The notes: a model not told the origin generated them from the sequence alone. 29,198 nucleotides of DNA from an uncultured Azospirillaceae bacterium (GCA_964371845.1 CAYJOO010000002.1:1-29198); one strand, 5' to 3'; shown: positions 1 through 11,406, counted from the first letter of the stretch. A program made the numbers and translations.

Positions 1-480
1 AATCATACCTGCTTTTGATGCTGCATAGTTTGCTTGACCTGCGTTTCCTGTAACACCTACAACTGAGGCAATACCGATAATTCTGCCCCAACGACGCTTC
101 ATCATGCCACGGATTGCTGCACGAGCAATCTTAAAGCCTGCTGTTAAGTTAACGTCTAAAACTAGTTGGAAGTCATCATCTGACATTCTCATAAACAATC
201 CATCACGAGTTAAGCCTGCATTGTTAACCAAAATGTCAACACCACCTAATTCATCTTCAACAGTTTTGATCATTGCATCAACTTCTTCAGATTTTGTTAA
301 GTTTGCAGTAATTACGTGTACTCTATCACCTAATTCTGCTGCCAATGCATCCATTGGTTCTTTGCGCATATCTGTTAAGATTACAGTTGCACCTTGAGCG
401 TGCATTGTTCTTGCAATTTTGTCACCCAAACCACCAGCAGCACCAGTGATAAGAGCTTTTTTTCCGTCTAGTCTAAACAT
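1..480 (-). CDS. fabG: 3-oxoacyl-ACP reductase FabG (5' part; 3' end runs off the window)
   Basis: Not in the ORF track. Translated by hand from ATG at 480: MFRLDGKKALITGAAGGLGDKIARTMHAQGATV...DILVNNAGLTRDGLFMRM...GNAGQANYAASKAGMI. Has the SDR TGxxxGxG, NNAG and YxxxK motifs. Start overlaps the fabD stop (TAATG). Confidence 0.95.
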   Translation of the reverse strand, partial: MFRLDGKKALITGAAGGLGDKIARTMHAQGATVILTDMRKEPMDALAAELGDRVHVITANLTKSEEVDAMIKTVEDELGGVDILVNNAGLTRDGLFMRMSDDDFQLVLDVNLTAGFKIARAAIRGMMKRRWGRIIGIASVVGVTGNAGQANYAASKAGMI

Positions 481-1406
481 TATTTTATTTCCTTTATAAA
501 TTGTTCAATCTCTGAGGGCGTCCCCACAGAAAGTGTTGTTATTGTAGCATCACATTTTTTAACCAAGCCAGTAAGGACTTTGCCTGCGCCAAGCTCAATA
601 ATATTTGTAATGCCTTGTGATGCCATATAGGCAACACTATCTCTCCACTTTACAGAACCTGTAACCTGAAGAGTTAAATTGTTTATAATCTCATCTACAT
701 TATCAACTGCTGTTGCCAAAACGTTTTGAACAACTGGGATAATTGGTGAGTTTGAGTTGAATTCTTTTAATGCTGTGGCCATTTTTTCTTGAGCATTTGC
801 CATCAATGGGCTATGAAAAGCTCCAGATACTGGCAATTTTATGGCTCTTTTGCAGCCAAATTCCGGCGCTAATGCAATGGCTTTGTCTATGCCAGCAATG
901 CTGCCTGATATAACCACTTGCCCTGGGCAGTTGTCATTTGCAACAAAAACGCCTGCTTTATCAGCAAGCTCTCTTATTTTTTCTATGTCTAAGCCCAAGA
1001 TTGCAGCCATTGCTCCTGCTTGTGCTGCTTGCATAGCCTCACCCCTAATTTTTAAGAGTTTTGCTGTGTCTGTTAATGAGAATACGCCAGATGCGCAACA
1101 TGCAGAATATTCACCCAATGAGTGACCCGCCAAAAATTTTGCGTTTTTTGTAATATCATAGTTAAAGTCTTTTTTTAATACTTCAACAACAGCCATTGAT
1201 GTTGCCATTAATGCTGGTTGAGTATTAACAGTTAAGTTAAGATCTTCAGCAGGACCTTCTGACATTAGTTTGAAAAGGTCAAATGATAAAGCTTCATTAA
1301 CTTCATTAAATACTTCTTGTGCAGTTTTAAAGTTTTCTGCTAACTCTTTGCCCATGCCAACGAATTGAGAGCCTTGGCCTGGAAATACGAAACAATTATT
1401 TGTCAT
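480..1406 (-). CDS. fabD: Malonyl-CoA:ACP transacylase FabD
   Basis: FVFPGQGSQ, GHSLGEYSA (catalytic Ser), VSGAFHS and IELGAGKVLTGL motifs; adjacent to fabG. Confidence 0.97.
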   Translation of the reverse strand: MTNNCFVFPGQGSQFVGMGKELAENFKTAQEVFNEVNEALSFDLFKLMSEGPAEDLNLTVNTQPALMATSMAVVEVLKKDFNYDITKNAKFLAGHSLGEYSACCASGVFSLTDTAKLLKIRGEAMQAAQAGAMAAILGLDIEKIRELADKAGVFVANDNCPGQVVISGSIAGIDKAIALAPEFGCKRAIKLPVSGAFHSPLMANAQEKMATALKEFNSNSPIIPVVQNVLATAVDNVDEIINNLTLQVTGSVKWRDSVAYMASQGITNIIELGAGKVLTGLVKKCDATITTLSVGTPSEIEQFIKEIK

Positions 1407-1409
1407 TAT

Positions 1410-2219
1410 CTAAAATACTCCATATGAATCCAACAATAAATAACACCCAAAAACAATTCTGTAAAGCACAAAAGGCATAAATGTGGATTTTTTGAGCCAC
1501 GACATGATGATATATATTGCAGCCAGGCCTCCTATGAATGAATATAGAACAGCTTCTATGCTATAGTGTATCATTGATGCGTCAATATCCCCTGCTCCAA
1601 AAAATATCAAGATTGTTGCACCAAATATTGCAGGAATTGCCAATAGCATTGAAAATTGTGTTGCTTCTCTTCTTTCCATTGCAAGAAATCTACATGCTGT
1701 GATGGTGATTCCCGATCTTGAAGTGCCAGGAATTAAGGCCAAACACTGAGCACAACCAATAAAAAATGCTTTGCGAAGATTAAGATGCTCAATTTTGTTA
1801 ACCGTCATGCAAATTTTGTCTGCAAGCCCAAGTAAAACACCAAAGCCAATTAAGGTACAAGCGACAAGCTTTTGTGAGCGCAAAACATCTAAGCCAAATT
1901 TGTGCAAGAATAGACCCGCAATTACAATTGGGATAGTGCCAACTATTAGCATATAAAATACTTTTGCCCCATATAGCTTGAAGTTTGGTTTGAACTTTGC
2001 TTTTATGGTATCTTTTATTATTCTTATCACTGGTTTGTGAAAATATATTATAACGGCCAATATTGAACCAAAGTGAACGGCTGCATCAATTAAAATTCCG
2101 TAATCTTTGATATTAAATAATTGGGGAAACAATATTAAGTGCCCGCTTGAGCTGACGGGTAAAAACTCTGTTAAGCTTTGAACAATGCTTAAGGCTAAAA
2201 TGTGGTAGTTTATTATCAT
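1410..2219 (-). CDS. uppP: Undecaprenyl-diphosphate phosphatase UppP (BacA)
   Basis: QSLTEFLPVSSSGHL and AQCLALIPGTSRSGITI motifs; multi-TM hydrophobic profile. Confidence 0.95.
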   Translation of the reverse strand: MIINYHILALSIVQSLTEFLPVSSSGHLILFPQLFNIKDYGILIDAAVHFGSILAVIIYFHKPVIRIIKDTIKAKFKPNFKLYGAKVFYMLIVGTIPIVIAGLFLHKFGLDVLRSQKLVACTLIGFGVLLGLADKICMTVNKIEHLNLRKAFFIGCAQCLALIPGTSRSGITITACRFLAMERREATQFSMLLAIPAIFGATILIFFGAGDIDASMIHYSIEAVLYSFIGGLAAIYIIMSWLKKSTFMPFVLYRIVFGCYLLLDSYGVF

Positions 2220-2305
2220 TTCTAGGATCCTATATCTTTTTATAATAATGATGTTTATAATAAAAGGGTTTATATTTTGTTAATAAAAGCTTTTGTTTTA
2301 TTATG

Positions 2306-2334
2306 TTGACCTAATTATGGGAATGTGATATTGT
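2306..2334 (+). promoter_or_regulatory. Putative sigma70 promoter for the 2355 ORF
   Basis: TTGACC (2306-2311), 17-nt spacer, TATTGT (2329-2334) with an extended -10 TG at 2326-2327. RBS AAGGA at 2343-2347 precedes ATG 2355. Confidence 0.5.
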
Positions 2335-2354
2335 TTATTTATAAGGAATGCAAA

Positions 2355-4265
2355 ATGTTAAAACCAGATATTGTAAACAGAGATATTAAAAATTTTGAAA
2401 AAGAATTTAATACACCTATTTTCTTTTATGATGAAATTCATAATAAAAACATTAATACCCCATTTGGATATGATTATCAAACTGTAATCAACAAAGTAAG
2501 TCAGGTACACGGCTATGATATGACACAAACGCTTGAATCAATGGGTGTGCTTGTGGATAAAAACAAGCTTAATGTTGGCTCATCTGTTGAAAGTGGTGGT
2601 GGTATTAATTTTGGTATTTGTATATTTTGTTTTGATCGAGCTAATTATACTACTGTATATCATGAAATGGCACATTCATTGCAAAACTCTTTGGTGGAAG
2701 ATGAAAAACTTGATATGGTTTATAGATTTTATATGAAGGGTGTTAGTGGTGATGCGAAAACAAAGCTTGCAAAGAATATGGCCGATAAAGTAAAATATTC
2801 TTCTTATTTAAGAGAGGCACACTCAGAGGCATTTGCATATGCTGTGCCTATGTTATATGCAAAAAACAAATGGGAGATGTTTAAGGCTGTGATGATTGCC
2901 TATAATGCTGCTAATGAAAGAGGAATTGGTGCAATATCAACAAAAGACAAAGAATATCCAAGTTTGAAGTACTACTCAGCAAGAAGAGTAATAAAATCTG
3001 TTATTAAAAACATGTATGAGTTAAAGAAAAATAATAATGACAAACAGTTTTTTTCTGAAAATGGTGGTATTAATTTTAAGGCTTTTTCAAAACATATGGA
3101 GAAAATTGTTTATAAAAGTGCATATTCACCTAAAGTTTTTCAAGACTTGTTAGATTCTAAAGTTGCTTATGAACACAATAGCAAAGATAGAGGATATAGA
3201 GTTGATTCTATAAAATCTTTTTTGTCCATGCCTCTTGTGACACTAACAAGACTTCCGGTGCATATAAGAGAAGATAATAAGGAACAAGAACATAGAAGGC
3301 TTAAAAAGCACAAAACAAGAGAATATCTTAATAAAATGACCGATGAATATAATAGTCTCTTAAGTAATAAAAATGTTGATCCAGAATTGCAAGCTCTTGC
3401 AGCAACTGCTTATATAAACAAAGAACTATCTGGAGATGAAAAAAGCAAGGCTCCTTATTATAACATTGTTAATGTTATCAAATCAGATTCATTTCTTAAT
3501 AGTGGGTGCAAAATTCCCAATGGATTTATAAGTTCTTCTTTGAAATTGCTTGAAAATCAAGGAGAGCATAAAAACAACGTTAGAAACTTTTATAGGATTT
3601 GCCAAAAAATTAATAAAATTGGTGAAGTTGTGAAAACAAACCCTTATTTTGAATATGTATATGGCCTAAAACCAGAAGTTGTTGAAAAATTGAAGCTCGA
3701 AAAAGAGAAATATCCGCATTTATCAGTGGTTAACAAAAAAATGAAAATCAACAAAAATAGAAATACATTGCCAGCGCTTATGATTGGACACTCTCTTGAA
3801 AAAATAAGAAGTTTTAATAAAAAACACAATTTGGATATTAGTAACAATATGGCAACGGCATTTTTGGATGGAAGCATTAATAATGATGATTATAAAAATG
3901 CTGTCATTAAAAAATATGCTCCAAAAACATTTTTGTGGTATAACAATAAAAAACGCAAAGAATTTATCACTCAATTTTGTGGTATAACAAATTTTTGTGA
4001 AACATCTGATTTTACGGGATCTGCAGATCCAACATATTATACAACAAAAGAAAAAGTGGCTCAAGGCAAAGATATTGATGATCGCGGCACTATTGCCTAT
4101 AACATATTAAATTATGGCTCTGTTAATGCGCCTGATCCTATAAAAAGAGATATTGGGTATATTATTTATGATAACCCAAATTATCAATCAAACAATACAA
4201 AGCAAAAAAACAATAGTTTTTCTGTTACAAAAGCAATAATTGATAAAAAAAATCTTTCTAGATAA
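2355..4265 (+). CDS. Hypothetical protein (~636 aa) with a putative zincin-type metallopeptidase N-terminal domain
   Basis: Long ORF. Start moved from GTG 2325 to ATG 2355 on RBS and promoter evidence. YHEMAHSL (HExxH, 2661-2675) and downstream REAHSEAFA (2811-2837). No recognisable family otherwise. Confidence 0.7.
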   Translation: MLKPDIVNRDIKNFEKEFNTPIFFYDEIHNKNINTPFGYDYQTVINKVSQVHGYDMTQTLESMGVLVDKNKLNVGSSVESGGGINFGICIFCFDRANYTTVYHEMAHSLQNSLVEDEKLDMVYRFYMKGVSGDAKTKLAKNMADKVKYSSYLREAHSEAFAYAVPMLYAKNKWEMFKAVMIAYNAANERGIGAISTKDKEYPSLKYYSARRVIKSVIKNMYELKKNNNDKQFFSENGGINFKAFSKHMEKIVYKSAYSPKVFQDLLDSKVAYEHNSKDRGYRVDSIKSFLSMPLVTLTRLPVHIREDNKEQEHRRLKKHKTREYLNKMTDEYNSLLSNKNVDPELQALAATAYINKELSGDEKSKAPYYNIVNVIKSDSFLNSGCKIPNGFISSSLKLLENQGEHKNNVRNFYRICQKINKIGEVVKTNPYFEYVYGLKPEVVEKLKLEKEKYPHLSVVNKKMKINKNRNTLPALMIGHSLEKIRSFNKKHNLDISNNMATAFLDGSINNDDYKNAVIKKYAPKTFLWYNNKKRKEFITQFCGITNFCETSDFTGSADPTYYTTKEKVAQGKDIDDRGTIAYNILNYGSVNAPDPIKRDIGYIIYDNPNYQSNNTKQKNNSFSVTKAIIDKKNLSR

Positions 4266-4267
4266 TC

Positions 4268-4647
4268 TTATTTTGAGACAGTGTCTATAATCATTTGATA
4301 AAAAGCTTTGTCTTCATCATATCTTGCGGCATCTCTTTTTTGTGCTGCGGTTTCTTTGGTGTACATATCAAATGATATTACTTTTTCTGATGATACTGCG
4401 CATCTGTTACGAGCACAATCGGCAACTCCACCTTTGATAAACCATTTTTCTAAAACATTATTTTTATTATCCAAAATTTCTACCAGCCCATTTGCCAAAC
4501 CAATCATTATTGGGGCCCTGTTTGGCAGCAAGGTTATCATTCCGGATGTTGCAGGCAAGACAATCTTTTGTGCAGCAAGTGTTTTTGACTGCTTGTATGG
4601 TCTTGATATTCTAAATAATATCTCTTCTTGTTTTTTTAATTTTGCCA

Positions 4648-4648
<1 letters not shown>
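4268..4648 (-). CDS. atpC: F1 ATP synthase epsilon subunit (divergent)
   Basis: Last gene after atpD with a TAATG overlap. IVLPATSGMITLLPNRAP corresponds to the epsilon VxxPxxxGxxgiLPxHAP motif; WFIKGGVAD corresponds to F-V-x-GG-F-x-E. Confidence 0.85.
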
Positions 4649-6198
<1,550 letters not shown>

Positions 6199-7116
6199 TT
6201 ATAGTGCTTCAGCACCTGAAATAACTTCTATTAATTCTGTTGTGATTGCGTTTTGGCGCATTCTGTTATATTTTAATGTCAAGTTCGATAACATATCTTT
6301 TGCATTATCTGTTGCGCTGTCCATTGATATCATTCTGGCACCATGTTCACTTGCTTGTGAGTTTGCAATAACTTGAAACATTGTTGCTCTTAATAATAAT
6401 GGCAACATATGCTCTAATAATTGCATTTTGTTTGGTTCATATTCATAAAAAGCACCACGAACTATGGTTGTTGGCTCATGCTCTCTATTGTATGGCAGGG
6501 TTTCTATACTAAATGGCAAGACTTGATAGCAATATACATCTCTTGACATTGCAGATATAAATCTTGTGCCAATAATTTCACAAATGTCTATTTCTTTTGC
6601 ATTATACATATGTGTTATTCTTTCTGCCAAGTCAACACCTTCATAATATTTTACACCTTTTTGTGCAATGTTTTCTATGGTGTCTATTATAAGATCTGGA
6701 TATGATCTTTTGATTATATCTTTGGCTTTTTTGCCAACACAAATTATTTTAACCTCAGCTTGATTGGCTTGAAGCTCTTCTATTCTTGCGATTGTTTTTT
6801 TGGCAATGTTTGAGTTAAAGCCACCACAAAGACCTCTGTCTGATGAGATAACCATCAGCAAATATTTGTTTGCATTTTTTCTAAGTGTCATAGTTTGTGG
6901 ATAGATATATGATAATCCGCTTTGTTCATCATCTTTTATCTGTGTTAAGAGCCTGAATGCTGAGGCTGCAAGATTGTGATTATAAAACTCAGACTTTTCT
7001 AGCAATCCTTCTGCTTTGCGCAAGCGAGAAGCCGCAACCAACTTCATGGCAGAAGTGATTTTGTGCGTTGATTTAACGCTTTCTATTCTGGTTCTAAGTT
7101 CTTTAAAACCTGCCAT
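6199..7116 (-). CDS. atpG: F1 ATP synthase gamma subunit
   Basis: KITSAMKLVAAS, SDRGLCGGFN, SEHGARM and C-terminal RQNAITTELIEVISGAEAL. Confidence 0.98.
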   Translation of the reverse strand: MAGFKELRTRIESVKSTHKITSAMKLVAASRLRKAEGLLEKSEFYNHNLAASAFRLLTQIKDDEQSGLSYIYPQTMTLRKNANKYLLMVISSDRGLCGGFNSNIAKKTIARIEELQANQAEVKIICVGKKAKDIIKRSYPDLIIDTIENIAQKGVKYYEGVDLAERITHMYNAKEIDICEIIGTRFISAMSRDVYCYQVLPFSIETLPYNREHEPTTIVRGAFYEYEPNKMQLLEHMLPLLLRATMFQVIANSQASEHGARMISMDSATDNAKDMLSNLTLKYNRMRQNAITTELIEVISGAEAL

Positions 7117-7117
7117 G

Positions 7118-8668
7118 TTATGCAGCCTTTTCTATGTTTGTAAATTCTTTGATAAAATCATCATAAAAAGCTATCATTTGTGATTTTATCTCATCAGAGA
7201 TTTTTTCTTCTTTTTTGATAGTTTCTAGAATTTTTTTGTTTTTTTGCTTTACTTTTAGCAATGCTTTTTCTTCAAACTCGGCAATTTGAGATATTTCTAT
7301 TTTATCAAGATATCCATTTACGCCTGCAAAAATAATAAATACTTCTTCTTCCATTGGCATTGGATTGTATTGAGGTTGTTTTAAGACCTCTGTTAATCTG
7401 GCGCCTCTTGCAAGGAGTGCTTGCGTTGATGCATCTAAGTCTGATGCAAATTGTGAAAACGCAGCCATTTCTCTATATTGCGCAAGCTCTAGTTTGATTG
7501 AGCCTGCAACTTGTTTCATGGCTTTGGTTTGGGCTGCTGAACCCACACGAGAAACAGATATACCAACATTAACGGCAGGTCTTATACCTTGATAAAACAA
7601 ATTTGTTTCTAAGAATATTTGTCCGTCTGTAATTGAGATTACGTTTGTTGGGATATATGCTGAAACGTCTCCGGCTTGTGTCTCTACAATTGGCAGCGCT
7701 GTTAATGAGCCCCCGCCCAATTCATCATTTAGTTTTGCGGCTCTTTCCAATAGTCTTGAGTGAAGATAAAAAACGTCTCCAGGATATGCCTCACGACCAG
7801 GTGGGCGGCGCAATAACAATGACATTTGACGATATGCAGTTGCTTGTTTTGAAAGATCATCATAAAAAATAACTGCATTCATACCATTATTCATAAAATA
7901 TTCACCCATTGCACAACCTGAGTATGGTGCCAAAAACTGCATTGGTGCAGGGTCTGATGCAGTTGCTGCAACAACAATTGTATAATCCATTGCACCTGCA
8001 TCTTTTAAGGTTTTTACAACCTGAGCTACTGTTGAGCGCTTTTGACCAACAGCAACATATATGCAAAACAATTTATCTTTGTCTGATTTTGCGGCATCAT
8101 TATATCTTTTTTGGTTGATAATTGTGTCTATGGCGATTGCTGTTTTGCCTGTTTGGCGATCACCAATAATAAGCTCACGTTGACCTCTGCCAATTGGTAT
8201 AAGACTGTCTACAACTTTTAAGCCAGTTGCCATTGATTGATATACGCTTTGGCGAGCAATAATGCCTGGAGCTTTGACCTCTGAGCGGGAGTGTGTTTTT
8301 GTTTTTATAGCCCCTAGCCCATCAATTGGATTGCCGAGCGCATCTACAACTCGCCCCAATAACTCTTTGCCAACAGGAACTTCTACAATTTTTTTGGTTC
8401 TTTTTACCTGAGAGCCTTCTTTTATGCTTTCATCAGAGCCAAATATCACAACCCCTACGTTGTCTTCTTCTAAGTTTTGAGCCATGCCCATAACACCAGA
8501 TTCAAACTCGACAAGCTCACCGGCCTCCACTTTATCCAAGCCATAAACTCGGGCAATGCCGTCTCCAACACTTAAGACTTGACCAACTTCTGCTACGTTG
8601 CTATCTATTTTTGCTGTGGCAATTTTTTCTTTTATTATAGAAGAAATTTCACTAACCTTTAAGCTCAT
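7118..8668 (-). CDS. atpA: F1 ATP synthase alpha subunit
   Basis: [44 protein letters not shown]. Confidence 0.99.
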   Translation of the reverse strand: MSLKVSEISSIIKEKIATAKIDSNVAEVGQVLSVGDGIARVYGLDKVEAGELVEFESGVMGMAQNLEEDNVGVVIFGSDESIKEGSQVKRTKKIVEVPVGKELLGRVVDALGNPIDGLGAIKTKTHSRSEVKAPGIIARQSVYQSMATGLKVVDSLIPIGRGQRELIIGDRQTGKTAIAIDTIINQKRYNDAAKSDKDKLFCIYVAVGQKRSTVAQVVKTLKDAGAMDYTIVVAATASDPAPMQFLAPYSGCAMGEYFMNNGMNAVIFYDDLSKQATAYRQMSLLLRRPPGREAYPGDVFYLHSRLLERAAKLNDELGGGSLTALPIVETQAGDVSAYIPTNVISITDGQIFLETNLFYQGIRPAVNVGISVSRVGSAAQTKAMKQVAGSIKLELAQYREMAAFSQFASDLDASTQALLARGARLTEVLKQPQYNPMPMEEEVFIIFAGVNGYLDKIEISQIAEFEEKALLKVKQKNKKILETIKKEEKISDEIKSQMIAFYDDFIKEFTNIEKAA

Positions 8669-9201
8669 TATTTTTCACCTTTCATAAGTCTTTTAACCTG
8701 ATTTATTTTGCCCAAGATTGATACATCTTGCATTTGTGAGTTGTATTTTATAATTAATCCACCCAAAATATCTTTATTGATAACATTGTTTATTACAGCA
8801 TTTTGATTGGTATTTTGTTTTATTTTTTTTTCTATTTTTACCAACTCTTGTTTTGATAATTGATATGTAGAAACCACCTCAACCTCTAATATATTATTTT
8901 TTTTATAATATATTCTCAAGAATTCTTGCAAAATATCATCAAGATCTGCAGATCTTGAGTTTTTTGTAATAACCTCTAGAGATTTTGTTAAAGTTGTTGA
9001 AAGATTGATAGATTGTAATGTTTTTTGTTTTTTTGAAAAATCTATAATGGGGTTGCTTAAAAAGTCTTTTAACAAACTAGAGTCTTTTGTTGCACTCAAA
9101 AGAGATCTTACTTCTGTAAAGATCTTTTCTTTATTGGTTGCAGCATCATACATAGCTTGAGCATATACACTTGCAACTTTTGATTTTGATACCTTTTTCA
9201 A
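8668..9201 (-). CDS. atpH: F1 ATP synthase delta subunit
   Basis: [14 protein letters not shown] and DILGGLII...DVSI motifs; first gene of atpHAGDC. TTG start with AAGGA RBS 8 nt upstream. Confidence 0.9.
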   Translation of the reverse strand: MKKVSKSKVASVYAQAMYDAATNKEKIFTEVRSLLSATKDSSLLKDFLSNPIIDFSKKQKTLQSINLSTTLTKSLEVITKNSRSADLDDILQEFLRIYYKKNNILEVEVVSTYQLSKQELVKIEKKIKQNTNQNAVINNVINKDILGGLIIKYNSQMQDVSILGKINQVKRLMKGEK

Positions 9202-9283
9202 AACAATGTTCCTTATATTTATAAGAAATATAAACCATTATTTATTATTAAAAAGTTAATATACACAGCAGATGTTAAAATTT

Positions 9284-9991
9284 TTATTTTATTAACTTTC
9301 TGCTTGCAAGTTCTCCATCATCAAAATGAGAAGAAGCATGTGTGCCGTCACAAAATGGTTTGTTATATGAATTGCCACATCGACATAGAGCCTGACGATT
9401 GCGCACTTCGTATGCTTTGCCCTCTTCATTTATGACTTCAATACCGCCTTTTAGATAATATGGACCACTAACATTTATTAAGGGATCCTCTAAGACTGTG
9501 ATTGTTGGCTCAAATTCTGGTTCTAAAAATTTTCCGGTCTTGTTGTCTTGGATTAAAAGTCGGCCTGCTGGGCAGTGAGTTGCTTCTCTTATTGTCATTT
9601 TATCTGCCTCATCAGTGCCTATTGAAACAAGGTTCCAAACCCTGCCATATGCATCGCAAAATCTGGCAAAAGAGCAATAATCTTCATTATCATAAAGAGT
9701 GTAATTGGGTCCTTTTATTGCTTCTGCCCTATTTATTATTGACTCAAAAGATGCTGTTGTTTTGCCATCAAACCCATTTTTGAGGTGTGTTCCATCACAA
9801 AATGGAGTGTTTGAAGTCCCCCCGCAACGGCATAATGCCATATTTTCTTGCGATGTTAATAACTTGATTACCTTATAATCCCAGGTGTTACCCTCTTGGT
9901 TTGCGGTTGTTAATTGCTCATCTAGTTTTGGGGTTCCTGTTACCATATATGGACCATCTTTGGTTATTTTTACTTGAACTTTTTTTGACAT
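9284..9991 (-). CDS. CDGSH iron-sulfur domain protein (two CDGSH motifs flanking a divergent ferredoxin-like domain)
   Basis: LCRCGGTSNTPFCDGTH and LCRCGNSYNKPFCDGTH, each preceded by a GPY motif. Central CSFARFC...HCPAGRL. Start moved to ATG 9991 (AAGGAG RBS upstream). Confidence 0.9.
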   Translation of the reverse strand: MSKKVQVKITKDGPYMVTGTPKLDEQLTTANQEGNTWDYKVIKLLTSQENMALCRCGGTSNTPFCDGTHLKNGFDGKTTASFESIINRAEAIKGPNYTLYDNEDYCSFARFCDAYGRVWNLVSIGTDEADKMTIREATHCPAGRLLIQDNKTGKFLEPEFEPTITVLEDPLINVSGPYYLKGGIEVINEEGKAYEVRNRQALCRCGNSYNKPFCDGTHASSHFDDGELASRKLIK

Positions 9992-10070
9992 TGCTATTCT
10001 CCTTTGGTTATTAAATAATGTTTTTATATAATTATTCAAGGTTGAGTATTGGCATTTTTTTTAATTTACC

Positions 10071-10098
10071 TTGACAGGTTGGACAATTTTTGTAATAT
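10071..10098 (+). promoter_or_regulatory. Putative sigma70 promoter of rlmN
   Basis: TTGACA (10071-10076), 16-nt spacer, TAATAT (10093-10098); AAGGA RBS before ATG 10122. Confidence 0.6.
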
Positions 10099-10121
10099 GC
10101 GTGGTATAAGGAAAAAAAGAT

Positions 10122-11159
10122 ATGAAAATTGAACTGTTGAATTTATGCAAAAATGAGCTTATTGAAGAAGTCTTAAAACTTGGAGAAAAAAAGTTTAGGG
10201 CAGAACAGTTATGGCAATGGATTTATATCCACAACCAATATGATTTTTATAAAATGTCTTCTTTTTCAAAATCTTTGCAGGATAAATTAAACCAACACTT
10301 TAATGTTTATCGACCAAAAATTATTGAACATTTGAAATCTGTTGATGGCACAAATAAGTGGTTGTTAGAGTTTGAGGATGGTCAAAGAATTGAGACTGTT
10401 TTTATTCCTGAAGATGACAGAGGTGCGGTTTGTATATCAACCCAAGTTGGCTGTGCTGTTGGCTGCAAATTTTGCCATACAGGGACACAAAAGCTTTCTA
10501 GAAATTTGTCAACGGCTGAGATAATCTCGCAATTTTTATTGGTTAGAGATTTTTTTGATAAATCTTTGGTTACAAACATTGTGGTTATGGGAATGGGCGA
10601 GCCTTTGCATAATTTTGATAATACTATAAATGCGCTTAAGATATTAAATGAAAATTCAGGTTGTGCGTTATCAAAAAGAAAAATAACTCTATCAACATCA
10701 GGTGTTGCCAATAAAATTGCCGACGTGGCAAAAGAGATTGGCGTTAAACTTGCGATATCTTTGCATGCATCTGATGATATAACACGCTCTAAAATTATGC
10801 CTATTAACAATAAATATAATATAGATACTGTCTTAAACGCTTGTAAAGAATATCAAAACATTACTGGAGCCAGACAGCCAATTACGTTTGAATATCTTAT
10901 GCTCAATGAACTAAATGACACAATGGGTGATGCAAAACGCTTGTATGAATTGATGAAAAAGCATAATATAAATGCAAAGTTTAACCTCATTTCTTTTAAT
11001 TCTTGGGAAGGATCTGAGTTTGTTGGAAGCTCCAATAATAGAATACACGCTTTTTCTAGAGAATTACAAAAATATGGATTTGAGGCCCCTATCCGCGCAT
11101 CTCGCGGTGATGATATTATGGGCGCTTGTGGGCAATTAAAAGGTTGCAAAGAAAAATAA
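10122..11159 (+). CDS. rlmN: Dual-specificity 23S rRNA m2A2503/tRNA m2A37 methyltransferase RlmN
   Basis: Radical SAM CAVGCKFC, MGMGEP, ISLHA, EYLML and C-terminal GACGQL. Confidence 0.97.
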   Translation: MKIELLNLCKNELIEEVLKLGEKKFRAEQLWQWIYIHNQYDFYKMSSFSKSLQDKLNQHFNVYRPKIIEHLKSVDGTNKWLLEFEDGQRIETVFIPEDDRGAVCISTQVGCAVGCKFCHTGTQKLSRNLSTAEIISQFLLVRDFFDKSLVTNIVVMGMGEPLHNFDNTINALKILNENSGCALSKRKITLSTSGVANKIADVAKEIGVKLAISLHASDDITRSKIMPINNKYNIDTVLNACKEYQNITGARQPITFEYLMLNELNDTMGDAKRLYELMKKHNINAKFNLISFNSWEGSEFVGSSNNRIHAFSRELQKYGFEAPIRASRGDDIMGACGQLKGCKEK

Positions 11160-11193
11160 ATAAAAAAAATGTTATTTATTTGCTATAAAGTGC

Positions 11194-11222
11194 TTGACTA
11201 TCGTAAATATATTGTATAATTA
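11194..11222 (+). promoter_or_regulatory. Possible tRNA promoter
   Basis: TTGACT (11194-11199) followed by TATAAT at a 15-nt spacer or TAATTA at a 17-nt spacer, just upstream of the tRNA. Spacing is non-ideal. Confidence 0.4.
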
Positions 11223-11233
11223 TACTCTCAGAC

Positions 11234-11320
11234 GGATGGTTGGCAGAGTGGTAATGCAGCAGATTGCTAATCTGTCATCCCGATTGGGATGCATAGGTTC
11301 GAGTCCTATACCATCCGCCA
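11234..11320 (+). tRNA. tRNA-Ser (anticodon GCT)
   Basis: Folded by hand: acceptor GGATGGT/ACCATCC, discriminator G, encoded CCA; D arm GCAGAGTGGTAATGC; anticodon stem GCAGA/TCTGT with loop TTGCTAA; long variable arm CATCCC-GATT-GGGATG; T arm ATAGG-TTCGAGT-CCTAT. Confidence 0.95.
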
Positions 11321-11328
11321 CTTTTTAT

Positions 11329-11355
11329 AAGCGCTTCTTTTGAGGCGCTTTTTTT
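11329..11355 (+). terminator. Rho-independent terminator after tRNA-Ser
   Basis: AAGCGCTTC-TTTT-GAGGCGCTT hairpin (one G:U pair) followed by a T run. Confidence 0.8.
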
Positions 11356-11406
11356 ATATATTTTATATCACCTAGACACTATCTAAGTCCTCATAAAAGA
11401 TTAAGA

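Noticed and set aside
104..397. Plus-strand 97-aa ORF and the many other short antisense or alternate-frame ORFs in the track (e.g. 841-1125, 4308-4760, 6077-6376, 10382-10810, 13405-13734, 25046-25405, 26626-26820)
   Set aside because: They lie within well-supported genes on the opposite strand or in another frame and show no motifs; they are shadow ORFs.
2590..3080. Repeated GGINF pentapeptide in the 2355 ORF (ESGGGINFG / ENGGINFK)
   Set aside because: The flanking sequences do not align, so it is too short to support an internal duplication.
11264..11270. CTA inside the tRNA anticodon loop (amber suppressor or pyrrolysine tRNA?)
   Set aside because: With the 5-bp stem GCAGA/TCTGT the 7-nt loop is TTGCTAA, so positions 34-36 are GCT. 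CTA is off by one, and G73 plus the long variable arm indicate Ser.
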